Part shown: piece by piece, positions 40,601-53,200 of the stretch
Layout of the letters: every line of letters starts with the position of its first letter
Position numbering within the stretch: the stretch's first letter is position 1
NCBI RefSeq assembly: GCF_031769215.1
Contig: NW_026781978.1
Coordinates: forward strand, 1,488,001-1,552,000
DNA from: Ylistrum balloti
Lineage: Eukaryota
Direction of reading: 5' to 3'
DNA length: 64,000 bases
Notes under the pieces: generated by a model
The model's database searches: none
Told to the model about the DNA's origin: nothing
The model's input: the letters and a program-made list of their open reading frames with translations, nothing else
Translations under genes and position numbers: made by a program

Positions 40601-43600
40601 TCAGTGAGTTGTGTTATTCCATTGTAAGACCACTACTTACAGGTGCTGAGTGTTGGATGAATATTCATAGTACTGACCTGTATCCGAGACACACTTGGCA
40701 GTCACCTCTCTCAGGGGCATGTTTCCAATCACCTCATGCTTAGTTTTGTGCAAAGTCAAATCTTGTTGGTTGATCGTGATATCTGTGATTCCTCAAGACG
40801 GTTAAGTAAATTTGTAATACAAGTTCAAATAATATATGGATAGTGATCTGAATTCAGTGATCACTGACTGAGTTACATCCCAGTGTTACTATTACATGTA
40901 CTATATGTGTTGCTTCATTGTCGCAGTTCATACTTATATCTTTTTGAGCTTTTTTAGCATGAAAGGATACGTAGCTGTGACAGGTCGTTTCCTGTTGCAG
41001 ACACCAGACGGACATCAGAGTTTGTATCAGCTGTCCTTGACCCCAGTAGATATGACACACATCCACCTGCATACTCAGAGCTAGTTTTCTGAACAAAAGG
41101 AAAACCCTTTAAAATACTCTCTGATAAAATTAAATATTGTGTCTATTGTGATTCAAATCTACTTTTTCATATCTATTATTTCATCAGTCTTCCTGTATAC
41201 CTCTAGGTATCAAAGCAAAAGTGCAGCTTCCCACTAAATAACCCACCTGTTTTGGAACTGACATTGGCTCTATTTTCATGTTTGATATAAGTTGTTATGT
41301 AGGTGATGATTGTTTTATATAAATGAAGGGTTTGACAATATGAGGCTTAGAGTCAGAAAAAGACTGCCCAATGTTATCTAGAACAGTCAGTTGTATATAT
41401 CTCTACACAAGATGGAGCCTTCATTTTCACTGAAGATGTAGCTTCAATCTCTTATCATCATAACTATTAATTGTATTTCTACTACCGTTAAGTCTCATCA
41501 TTATAACGTACTGGAGAGGTTTGTTTTCATGTAGTATATATACATGTATACTGAATTTAGCACATAAAAAAAAACTGTTATCCAGTAAATTATTCCCCTA
41601 GGCATGTAATATTTTTGCATATGTAATATATCGCAGAGAATTTTTCATTTGCTGTGCCAGTCAGTAATCAACTGTTATATCATAATATGAACAATGATGT
41701 TATATGATAAACTGAAAATTGGAAAACAAAATGGCTGCCTCCATATGATTTTGTCCTTAGGATTTTGTTGTGTTAAAACCTCTCGAAATGTACCGACACT
41801 ACTATAGCCCCGACCAATAGTAAGACCGACCGGAAACGAAAAAAAATTAGATTCACCGTAATGCTAGTGTGAATGGCAGATGATTAAAACATTTTATTTT
41901 TTTTGTTGTTTTTATCTCCAAACTATCATATAAGACCGACGACTTTTACATATAACTATGTGAAGGGAGGTAATCCAATATGGCGGATGCAGAACTCGGG
42001 AATGATAACCCCAGGAATGGCATGTACCTGCGTATAGTGCGCACCCCCTTTTTGACACGACAGTTTCAGCTTAAAAAAGTGCGCACTATACGCGAATATT
42101 TACGGTAATTTTCTGAGTTTTGTGATAAATGGTGTTTAAATTTATTTCATCTGATATCATATTTTATAAAACTCATCTTGAAGTTTTATTTTTTGCCTGA
42201 GAAGGCTCATAATAATAAAATAAGTCTTTTTTTCATTAAATCTTATATGAAATGAAAACTTGTTTAAGATTCTATGCATCTGAGTGCTGTCACATATATG
42301 CAGCTTGTTTGAATCATTCGGACTTTCTATCAGCCTTTCTATACTGGTCTGGCATCCATAGCATTGTTCATTACCATCAAACTGAATACTTGCACTTCAT
42401 TTATTTATTTATTATGTTATATCAAATCACTCACAGGAATATCCGGCCAGTTCCGAAACCTCTGGTACTGTTGAGTCAGTTTCTGTAGTATATCATTTGT
42501 TAGTTTGCTTGTACCAGATGATGACAAATAGTAAGCTTCTATCTCTTTCTTCACTTTCTCAGATAGTGTTTTATGCTGAAGCCACAAAATAAGAAAAAAT
42601 TGTTACATATACATTTGCATCTGTTACACATTATATCCTAATAAAACAATAACAGATGCACAACCTCATTCCATTATGATGAAGTGTACCAAGTCTCAAC
42701 AAAATCAGTTGAAAGCTAATTGAGAGGATATACAGGCAAGATAAAAAAGCTCATAAAACAACAGACAATAACTGTAAAGTGCTAAATGTTTTGACAATAA
42801 AGCATACCAAGGAAAAGACCAGTTAAAACTGAACAGAAGAAATCTCCAGAAAAGATTGAAATGCTACAAAAAGGTAATGAAATACACCTGAAAAACTAAC
42901 CACAAATTTCTTATCATGGGTATAAACCTTGCAAAGTTTCAAAGAAATCAGAGATCTCCAGAAAAGATTAGAATGCTGAAGAAGACAAAGAGGGCAATAT
43001 CTTCTCCTCTTGAATGAAACTTTGGTTCAGAAAAACATTTTTTTATATAATAGATAAAGCTTACTGAGATGGAAAGAGACCTCCAAACAAGTAATAAATG
43101 TTGAAAGACAAACAGACTATGCCATACAATAAGTTGTCCAGTCAAAACTTCAATATGAGTATGCAAATTGAATATAAAAGTCTGTACTCTGAAGTAATTT
43201 TATGTAGCTTTGACTCATTTTCTTTCTTAACGAGTCATCAAATAAAACAAATGTCATCATTGTTTTGTTTTTTTTGTGGTCAAACATCACTACATAATGA
43301 TCAGAAGAGTTTGTAATTGGAAAACAAAGACTATCTGCTCAATATAATTGGCTATATTCCCGTAAAACTATTTTTTTCATGCAGATGAAATTTTGAAATT
43401 ACTCATTACTTATAGCGCAATTCTGAACTTTGACTGTTGAGTGAAGATTTATACACATATACACTGTGTAACATGCTGAGATTATCATACTTACTTTTAA
43501 ATTGAAACGTTTTATACACGTTCTGAAACTTAGAGCTTCTTCATGAACTTTCAATACCTCCTTCATATGATCATTGGTATAGGTGGTGTACACATCTGAA

Positions 43601-44442
43601 ATTAGAAAAGGTTAAACTATTTTCCAGATTTTGAAAATGTTAAATCTATGTACACCTTATTACCATATCTATCATGTAAAAAGTCAAGGCAAGACTCAAA
43701 GGAAAGGGTGGACATTTTGCGCTTGTCAGAACCAGAACCCATTTAGTTCAAGTCTATCTAAAATGGGGAAATTTGCCTTAATACAGCTAAGATGTTTCTA
43801 CTGCTTCACAGCCGACATCCTCAGCCGAGGCCAACAGCGGTGAAGCAGTAGAACAGTAGTTACATACATTATTCAGCAATACACATGCTTGTATGAGGAA
43901 AATTCATAAACCTTATTTCTTATCTGGTGTGTCTTAATTTTTTCAGATAATCAATTTCAATCTTGTAGTTATGGTGAGTTTAAAAGTCTTTTGCATAAAA
44001 AAAAACCAAAATGAACTGACAAAATAGTGTAATAATTGATGGGATGATATACCAGTGTAAATATATATACATTACAATAACATAAAAAACAACACATCGA
44101 CATGTTGTTTTAAGTTATTCTAATATATTTCACCAGACACTGAGAATTCAACTTTTATATTTGAATATATATAAAGTAAGTACATTCATATCATTTATAT
44201 GACAATATGCTAATATTTTATGTACATTCTGGAGTTGATGACAGAGGCAGTGTTGGTCGTCTAGCACACAGAAAGTCCTTCTTCTGGAAACCTTCTGGGA
44301 CCTTCTGACAAAAGACTTCATTATTCTGTCCATAAATACCGGTAACATCTACATAACCATGAGAACCATACTCATAGAACACCTCTCGTCTTTCTGTCTT
44401 AGAAGTCTGGCAGGCTGGGAAATTTGTCTCTGGGAAATTCAT
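31612..44442 (-). CDS. TAF1C: TATA box-binding protein-associated factor RNA polymerase I subunit C (SL1/TIF-IB subunit)
   Basis: Phase-consistent exons (minus): 41088-40971, 40782-40678, 40447-40318, 40029-39958, 39404-39272, 36859-36692, 36278-36088, 35308-35185, 34201-33985, 33347-33202, 32758-32558, 32334-31612. N-terminal exons 44442-44226, 43595-43520 and ~42484-42437 are likely, but linking exons are unresolved. Peptides match recalled TAF1C motifs: MNFP start, YIPGDCLVSTTTGAVYLWSP, WRRAEFGAHPREV, YSLFLIDQRFPSTPVLSWKHML, GEVFYQ, C-terminal KKRSKISYQGF. Confidence 0.85.
33345..33640. repeat. Degenerate ~30-bp tandem repeat in a TAF1C intron
   Basis: Recurring (AT)CTCTATAGGGTTACAAATATAC-like units. 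Confidence 0.5.
34740..34932. repeat. ~62-bp tandem repeat, ~3 copies
   Basis: ACACTGTGACC…AAGTATTTCACCCTCAAACCAAAATG…CTGGGTAAAGTGACT repeated. Confidence 0.75.
36826..38367. repeat. 46-bp minisatellite, ~33 copies, built from the TAF1C intron/exon acceptor junction
   Basis: Unit CAGGACTTCTCTACAACAAAGACAAACA(AGTCAACACCC/GGTCTAAACCA)TGCT(G/T)CC, counted by hand. The long + strand ORFs at 36823-38379 are by-products of it. Confidence 0.97.
38385..39197. repeat. 44-bp G-rich minisatellite, ~18 copies
   Basis: Unit GAGACAGGGGTAGGGAAGTGGTGTGGTATGAGAAGGATAGGGAT; directly abuts the 46-bp array. Confidence 0.97.
41482..42107. mobile_element. Non-autonomous Tc1/mariner(pogo)-like element with TACCGT termini
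   Basis: Left TACCGTTAAG…; right …CGCGAATATTTACGGTA; perfect 15-bp subterminal inverted repeat GCGTATAGTGCGCAC (42030-42044) / GTGCGCACTATACGC (42079-42093). Left boundary uncertain. Confidence 0.5.
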
Positions 44443-45435
44443 GTCAATTTATGTCCACATGCAGGAATGTCTGAAATAACAAAAATTAAATAGAAAATTA
44501 AGGTATCAAGCAGTGAAAAGGAAAACAAATTTATTTACCATATGAGGTATAACTTCAATGTTACAAATGTATTCATGTATCTTATTTTTTTTAATTTCAT
44601 CTTACAGCAAGCAGTCATCAACAAATAAATAAATATTTATAAATAATCACACTTAAAGTGACAAAATTGGTTGCTAATTTGTTTTAATTGAATATTGACT
44701 GTCAATAAACAGGGCCATGGAGTACAGCTGATTAAATGAGTGCATTTGTTTGTTTGTTAACTTTGTGAAGAGGAGAGTATAAGATTAAAATAGTAGGCAA
44801 GTTTTAAAGCTTTGCACTGTTGGTAATCACTTCTGAGACTCAATAGTACCAGGTAATATAATAATGTTCAGCTATTGCCCGACAAGTCTAGTGCATGATA
44901 TGCATGTTCTTTCGTGTAAGCTGAATTGATTTTGAGAATGCGTTTCAGGAAACCCTGCGATTTGTAGGCATTAAATTTAATGTATAGTTAAACATTGATA
45001 TTTTCTTGTCGATGTGTTATAATGTGTGGTTGTGAATTTAATATGAATTTTGGCGTGATATTGATGAAGTTTCACTGGTCATAAGCCAGTACTTTTCCCA
45101 TTGTTCTGCTGCGGTATTTCTTGTAGTTCGACACTTTCTTTTTAATTGAATATTGTTCTATGTACCCTGTGTTGTGTTTGATGTCATTTTTATTGAAATC
45201 GATAATATGTGTACATGTATTGCTGTAAGGCACACCGGAACCAAGCTGATTAGAAAAAATGGTTAGCAAGTATACAAACATACAATTTGTACTGTCTAGT
45301 CTAGAGGCCTAATAACCGATCCAAACGCGCCAATGATGGTCATTGTTCTTGATATCATTTAATAAATAAAAATGACCGCTAAATAGAAGAAAAGAAGCAA
45401 CAAAATAGTTAATACTTTAACTCTTTAAATTTACC

Positions 45436-45870
45436 GATAAGCTGGAGAAGTAGTCCATAAGGCTTCATGAAAATTGTAGATTTACAACCGGAAACCCTAA
45501 CCTTTTACTAACATTTTAAACGCCACCCATGAGAAACTTCCGGACTCTCATTTATAATTGTTTTTGACTCATATCGAGATTTTTTCCGTCCAAGTTTTTT
45601 TTTTACTTTGCATCAATCTATGATTAAATTCAATGGTATCATACAATGTATATTTTAAATGTTAGCATTTCTAACTTTTCAAGGTTTTTACCATCCGGAA
45701 ATCTTTTACCGATTCTGAGTTATAGTTAGTGTATCACTAAAATGAAAGTTGAGGAGGGAAACTACTGGAAGTGAAAACGAATTTATGAAAAACAGTTGGC
45801 CCACTGTATCACATGTAGCACGTAGGCCATATATGCTACTGCATAGTCACGAGTGCAAACGACCGTGCAG
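45436..45870. promoter_or_regulatory. Putative bidirectional promoter between TAF1C and ANAPC11
   Basis: A minus-strand donor (CG|GTAAAT at 45435) suggests a TAF1C non-coding first exon; ANAPC11 ATG is at 45871. ETS-like CCGGAA/GGAAGT motifs at 45488, 45536, 45695 and 45767. Confidence 0.55.
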
Positions 45871-48800
45871 ATGAAGGTGAAAGTAAAGAGTGAGTACTGC
45901 TGTTTAGTTTGACCACATGCATCTGTGTCGGGAACGTAAACAACTCGAGCAGCATTGTGAACTAGAATCCCGGATACAGGTGTCTCTGGGGTGATTTTGT
46001 TATTATTTTTCCTGTATCATGACCAACTGATACATATAGTTACAATGAGACCGTTACAAATCGCAGACTAAATTATTGGCGCGTTAGTTTCGGACCCCTG
46101 AACTGAAGAATATTTTTTCGCTAGCAACAATATAATGGTGAACTGCATGCCGCCAGAGACATACGTCTCTGATGGCAACAAACAAGGAAATGATGTGAAA
46201 TATGCTCATACTTTAAGATTTATTTCAAAACTGATAGGTGAAAGGCCAGCATTTTTCTAAAAAGTGTCCACAGATACGACCTCAATTTCGCTCACCTGAA
46301 ATTGATGGACATGTGAATTGGACATGTGACTGCACTTCTGTTTCTGATGACATGACTATATCACAGAGCTGCTTGAGTTAGCTTATTGTGACATAGAAGT
46401 ACACATGTATTACATAAAATCTTCATTTGAACGGGAATGATATTTTGATGAAAATAAAGATACAATTATGATGTGAAAGTGGTGGATATCTGTGCACTAC
46501 TTCTTTAAAGATTTAGATTCAAGCTTTTATTGTATGATCCTTTTTTCTCTCAATTGAGCCATATTTCTTGGTTAACTTTTTTTTATAACTCAAACTATTT
46601 AAATATAGGTGATTTTTCATCTCTTGGTGTACAACTTGCTATTTAAATAAAATCAGAAATGAGTTTTCATAAGTGATGCAGGGATATTCTCACAGTAATG
46701 CAACCTGTACTCTCAATATCTACATAAGTTTGGACTTGTGTAGACCAGAAATTATGGAAAAGCATTGCCTATTATTCATGGTCAATTTTTATTCATATGA
46801 CAGACGACAACAAAACAATGGCATCTGATGATGCATTGATAGGTTATTTCATCAAATTTTAGAGGATGTTTGACATATAAAAATGTGTATTATGAAAAAA
46901 TGAAATATATACTCATAATATTTAATGGGGAATGGTTTAAATCACAAATTTTTATTCTTTCTGGAAATGTGACATGTTATACCACAAAATTATCCGCGTG
47001 CAAGGTCACGATAGTCAATACATTATGAAAGACAGCTTGACAAATTGGCCATTCCGAAATACATAACAGTCTGAAACCGACGTCTATATGAAACATGTAA
47101 TTTGCCTGTATATTCTAGTTCTATCAAAAAAAATGGAAATTAGAATATTCATTGTACCTCATGATCATGACCTGCATATCATAAAGATATTTGAAGTACA
47201 AAAAGTTCTAAATATTATCAAATTTAACTGCTGTTTGGGAATTTACAACTTCATGTCATGGTTATTAATCATAACGTCATAAAGATGGAAAATTGTGGAA
47301 GAGGAAATTTAGACAAATAAAGAGTTTTTGACAAACAGATTAACGGACAACACTACATACATGCACCAAAAAATGTCCTGTCACAATTTTTGGTGGATGT
47401 ATAAAAAGTACGTAGCTGAACAAGGGAAGGATACTTACTGACAGAAAAATTTCCTTTTAAACTTACTGGATTAGTACTGGAGTCAGCTTGCTTGTCTGTC
47501 TGTAGACACCTTTCAATTTGTCCGCCTCTTCGTTCATTTGGGTTTTTTTTAGTGAAATCTTCTCAAACTTTTATGTACAGCAATGACCTAATGTAGATGC
47601 GGCCCTTTTGTTGAAATTTTCTTAAAGAGTTAAGTTCAAGTTCAGATATTTTTTTCTAGAAATTTTTTTAATGTCATGGTATCCTGACTTTATAAATATT
47701 AGTCATCTTACATTATCATAGTTGTGTGATGTCTAGAATTGATGGCTTCTTACTAACCATGTTAGTACTCAATAATCTATTTTTCTACTGCTTTGATTTA
47801 CAGTAACTGATGTTTTTATCCTGTCCTTGAGAAAATGATTGTTGTTACAGTTGAAAAAAGAATTAAGCAAAGCTGAAAGCCTTGGACAATAATGTAGCAA
47901 TGTATTTCATTATTTATACAAACTTCTGTTGTTTATTCTCATTTTTTTGTCTTTTTTCCATGTGCTGTATTATCTGATGATCTGTCGCTGGTTTAACTGG
48001 ACCTCTCCTGTCAGGGTAAGTATTACCAGGATAAATAAACCCAGTCAAAGGTGTTAGCCCTTGGGCATATTGATGAATATATACATATGTAAAATTTAAG
48101 TAAGCAATACTAAATCCTAGTACTTGCACATTTATAGTAATCTGATTCACTTTATCAATGAAAATTACAACATCTTTTTATCATGTTGAGAAAAGGTGTC
48201 ATGGTGTTCACATAACGCTGACCCAAGATTTCTAGTTTGTTCAGGTAAATACAAACAGAATTTTCTCAGAAGATACAATTTTCGGAATGAATGTTACATG
48301 GAAATTGATAACCTCTTGTACTTTAGGTATTTTGGTATATATATTTGATTGACGCAAGTTGCTGTACATGTCAAACATGTTATTAATGGACTATTTTATG
48401 GTTTCTTGGTATATAGTTGGACTGCAGTAGCAACATGGCGGTGGGTTGCAAATGACGAAAACTGCGGGATATGCCGCATGGCATTTGATGGTTGTTGTCC
48501 AGACTGTAAACTGCCAGGAGATGATTGTCCACTTGGTAAATCCTTAGTCTTTTCAATAAGCTGATCATTCCCCTAGCCTCACATCATATCATGGCAAGGA
48601 TGTAATGTCACAGCTATCCATTTGCTCATACTATACATTTAGGAAGAGCACGTCATTGTGCTTCAAGAAAACTCATCTATCAATGATAATAACACTTGCC
48701 CCACTGTTTTCACTTCACGAAATAATGAAACCTGTTGATTTTTAAAGTCTACAATCCAAGGTCAAGGTAATTTTACTAGTCATTCAACAAAAATCAGTTC

Positions 48801-49312
48801 TGTGTAGATGATATTATTAAATATGATTCAGATTCAATTATTTTTCCTTCATGAGAAAATGAAACTCAATGATTCTACAAGCAAAGAGTCAAAAGACATG
48901 GTTGATATTAAGAGGCATGTTGCAAGTGTCAAGGTCACTTCATGATCAGGCAATGTAACAAAATAAGTCAAAAAGATCAAATATGTGTTGTAAGAGGATT
49001 TTTTTCCCTTTGCAGTTTCATCAAAAATAATTTTACATTAATGCATCAAAAATTTTGTGGCTTCACTTTATGATTTATGATGTCCAAAACATGTCCATAC
49101 ATTTCCAGTCTTCGAGAAATTATTTTGGAAAAAAAATTTGTATGATAGTTGTGTGACTTAAGTTTTTGAGACAATACATGATTTGTTTGTTTGCAGTCTG
49201 GGGAGAGTGTTCACACTGTTTCCATATCCACTGCATTGTGAAGTGGCTCAACTCCCAGCAAGTGAATCAGCTCTGTCCAATGTGTCGACAGGATTGGAAA
49301 TTCAAAGAATGA
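45871..49312 (+). CDS. ANAPC11: Anaphase-promoting complex subunit 11 (RING-H2), 84 aa expected
   Basis: Exons 45871-~45889 (MKVKVK), 48417-48535 ([39 protein letters not shown]), 49197-49312 ([38 protein letters not shown]). Nearly identical to recalled APC11. The exon 1/2 junction is 1 nt short (see findings). Confidence 0.95.
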
Positions 49313-50213
49313 CAGGATTAAGTATGGTTCATGTGGTCATGTGTTTATCACATTGATTCATACATCTTATCCAAGTGGAAGCGTTCAAAGAACTGTTCCA
49401 AATGAAAAATTTATACAGTTCTTACTTCTTCAGATGTGGTAATGTTTTATGAGTTCTAAGCTATATAGCTGTGGTTCACCATACAATGATACAGAAAGTA
49501 CTAAATGAGAACTATATATAGGTGTGTTTCATACACTAAAGTAGTTCAAGGATACTGCTCTAAACACATATTGGATAGAACATTTTCTGTCCAAACAAGT
49601 ATAAGGAGTGATAATTGGATATATGAGGCCCATCATCAACTGGTGACAAGACGTTGATATAAGAAAAATTCCTTAATATGTATTTTGTATTGTGCTGGAT
49701 GATGTGAATGTTGATGAAAATATGTGCTGGATGATGTTGTTTAACAATGCATTTTAAATACAAGTTGTATGACTGGTTTATTTATCTTCCTAGAGTTGTT
49801 TAACAAAAAGTGTCATTTTTGTTATAGATGTATGTAATTGTGATTCCTGAAACCTATCAATCACTGTATGACTTTGTAATTTGTTACTTCCACATATAGT
49901 GTATGCAGTAATTCTCACAGGTAAATATTGATACACAAACATGGTAAATAGATGTATCCAATAAAACTTGAGGATTCTACATCAGAAATATAAAAACGAA
50001 CGTTTGGGAAGCTGATTGACCACACATAGGGATGGAATTTTCACATCATTCAACCTTCAATTTTCAAACTATTTTTCTGTAGATTTCAATGTAACGATAC
50101 AGGTATCATTAAGTTGATATGGTTGTAACCTTTGCTTGTTATGAAGTTGTTGAAATGAATAAACAAAGATTTTGAAGTGTTTTTTCAATTCTGTTTTTTA
50201 ATATCTGCTCCTG

Positions 50214-53200
50214 TCAAGAATGGTCTCCACTGGAGCTAGTTGATTGTGTAGATGGCAATGAACTTAAGGCAGTATCAGCCTTTTCACTCAGCAGCTGGCA
50301 GGAGTACAAAAGACCTGAAATATCACAAAATAGGAAAGTTTGATACTTCAGATGAGGTTAAAAACTGAGAAAGGTAAATAAGAACAAGAATTTAATGTAG
50401 ATGTACTATTTTTTAGGTCGCCTGAGCTGAAGGCTCATGGTGACCTATTGCAATCACGATTTGTCTGTCGTCGTGCATCAGTAACTTTTCACATATTCGA
50501 CTTCTTCTCAAGAACCACTGAATAGATTTTGACCAAACTTGCCACAAAGCATCCCCATGGGAAGCCGTTTTAAGTTTGCAAAGAAAAAGGGCATGGCCCC
50601 AATAGGGGGAAAAATTAGGTAAATCTTTAAAAATCTTCTTCTCATGAACCAACAGTCAGATTGAGTTCATATTTGATATTTAGGGTCCTTATGGCATGGT
50701 CTACAAAGTTTGCGAATGAAAAAAAAATTGGGTCAAAAACGGCCCCACTAGGGGGCGCTCAAAAGGGTAAAAAAATCAACTTTGACCGATTTCAACCAAA
50801 TTTGGTAGAAAGCATCCCCTAGTGAAGGACATAAGAAATTATGATGAAAAAAGTGATTATGTCCCTTTTGGGGCCCGTAAGGGTTGTAAAAGGGGTCATA
50901 TGTAAAAACCTTCTTTAAATGACTTCTTCTCAAGAAGCATTGGATGGATTTTGACCAAACTTGGCAAAAAGCATCCCCATGGGAAGCTGCTTCAAGTCTG
51001 CAAAGAAAAAGGGTGTGGCCCTAATAGGGGCCTCAAGAGGGGGAAATAGGGGGTAAAATTAGGTAAATCTTTAAAAATCTTCTCATGAACCAACAGTCAG
51101 ATTAAATTCATATTTGATATTTAGGGTCCTTATGGCATGGTCTACAAAGTTTGCGAATGAAAAAAAATTGGGTCAAAAACGGCCAAACTAGTTTTGTTTT
51201 GAAACCATTCTGATCTTCCAGAATTACTTCCCTTTGTTTCACTCTGATGGTATAGCAATAAGATTGACCGTGACAATGGGGTCAATGGAGGATTGCAACA
51301 AGCCTAGTAGCTCAATATAATACCAAATTATATAAATATTCATTGTCTGGGTGAGGTGACTATTTAAAACACAATGAAATAGCATAGATTTATGATTTTA
51401 CTAAACAATAGTAGAAAGTACAAGAATACTTATTGGTAGGGCAGATAACACATTACTGTAGTATAAAGATCCTAGTTTTGTTTTCATTCCTTTCAGATAT
51501 GAATCATGGGATTCTTTTAGAAATATGTACACCTGAAAGAAAAATGATTGATTTAGCTATTCATGTTTTACCTTGCAGTTGATCATCTGCATCAGCTAAG
51601 TTTGTTTGGTCAAATTTTTTTGATGAAAATGTCCAGAAGTTCTCTGGGAGCCATTCCTCTGCCTTGATAATTTTTGTGTCTTTGCTGTTGTTTGACCTCA
51701 CTGTAACAAATAACACAGGATGTCCAAAGAGTCAGGATAAAATGTATATGTCAAAAGTAGTGAGTTGATTATCAAAATCAATCTGCTAGAATGACCTTGA
51801 TGGACTTTGTAGGTTATATTAATCACAAGTTAAAAGTTTGGGCTTGATGTTTCCAATTAAAAAGAAATTTCTAATTTATATAGTGGCGATTCATTTGCTT
51901 GTAGGAAACAATTAATATAGGAAATATGCTTGTACTATAAAATCAAATGCATTACTTTCACAAAGGATTTGAAGCTTGCAATGCCATTTAGTCTAATTGT
52001 ATAAATAATTGTTTGAACTAAAACATTTTTTTCCTAATTTGGAACACAGGTGGAAATATTAAAACTGTTCATATTTCAAGACAAATTTCTATGGTCATTA
52101 AAGATTAAATTGTTTGCTATTTGAAGAGCAACTTTAGTCAATAATTGAATTCACACAATTACTTTCTAAGGCTTCTTCAATGTCCTTGCACATTTCAAAC
52201 ACTTCACTCCCTCGACCATGTACACGCTCTCCTGTAACAGAAAGCATGAATACTAACAATTTTTGGCATATTTTTGATGTGCAGTCATCAAGAGAATACA
52301 GAAATCTCTAATGTTTAATTGATTACTAATTAAATAAGGGCATCTTTATGTTGTAAAATCTACAATGACAATACTTTAATTTTGCTGAAAATTTACTGGC
52401 TGCTTCTTGCAGACTCCTTAAAAAATTGACTTTGGTAACAATACCAAACATTCATTATATACCAAATGTTAGTTTCTTTAATCTCCTTAAAAAGGCTTAA
52501 TCACTCGATTAGGAAGCAAACCAAGAAATCAGATTCTTTTGAGTGATTTTGCTGTAGACAAGCTCTCCCTTACTTAATTATCTACAAGTGAGATGCTTGG
52601 AGTAATTTTGATACAGATATGTTTTCCTTGGCTGGCTCCCTGCCAAGATATGTATTTACAACATCATACAATGTACTTCATTGAAACTCTGAAGGAAAGA
52701 GGATAAACGTGTCCATGCCTGGAAAGGATATATGGAACCAGCCACTTGTACAAAAAAAAAAAAAAAAAAACAGAGAGAGACACAACAGTAGGCAGGTTAT
52801 GACAGGACCACAGAAGACATTTCAGCATTAATAAGGAAGATGAGGACAATGAAAGGATAGACACAAACCATACACCAAGTGCTTACCATCAATGGTTCGC
52901 AACCTTGGAAGCATTTTTGATATATCTTTTTTGTATCCATGGTTGATGCAGAAAGGGTTGGACAATGCTTTGTCATTAACTGTAAGAATTTCTAGCTTTT
53001 CTAAACCTGTTAAACACCGGAAGTTTTCAACACTGAAATAGAAATAAAATGCTATTTTCAAGTCAATGAAGTAGATAAATCTTTCATTTCATTCATACAC
53101 ATACAAGACTTGGTTACTGATTTAAACAAGTGAGAAAATGCATTCACTCCCAAACCCATATAAATGAAAGTGTTGTCTTGGTAAAATAACAAGCTTCATG

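Noticed and set aside
41385-41463. C/D box snoRNA candidate (ATGATGA…CTGA) on the TAF1C sense strand
   Set aside because: No terminal stem and no recognisable rRNA-complementary guide.
43068-43131. Candidate TAF1C exon (TLFVFQHLLLVWRSLSIS) that would fix phase between 43520 and ~42484
   Set aside because: Phase fits but there is no recognisable homology and the acceptor is weak; left unassigned.
46148-46177. 13-bp hairpin in ANAPC11 intron 1
   Set aside because: Isolated, too short for a pre-miRNA, and not followed by a Helitron CTAG end.
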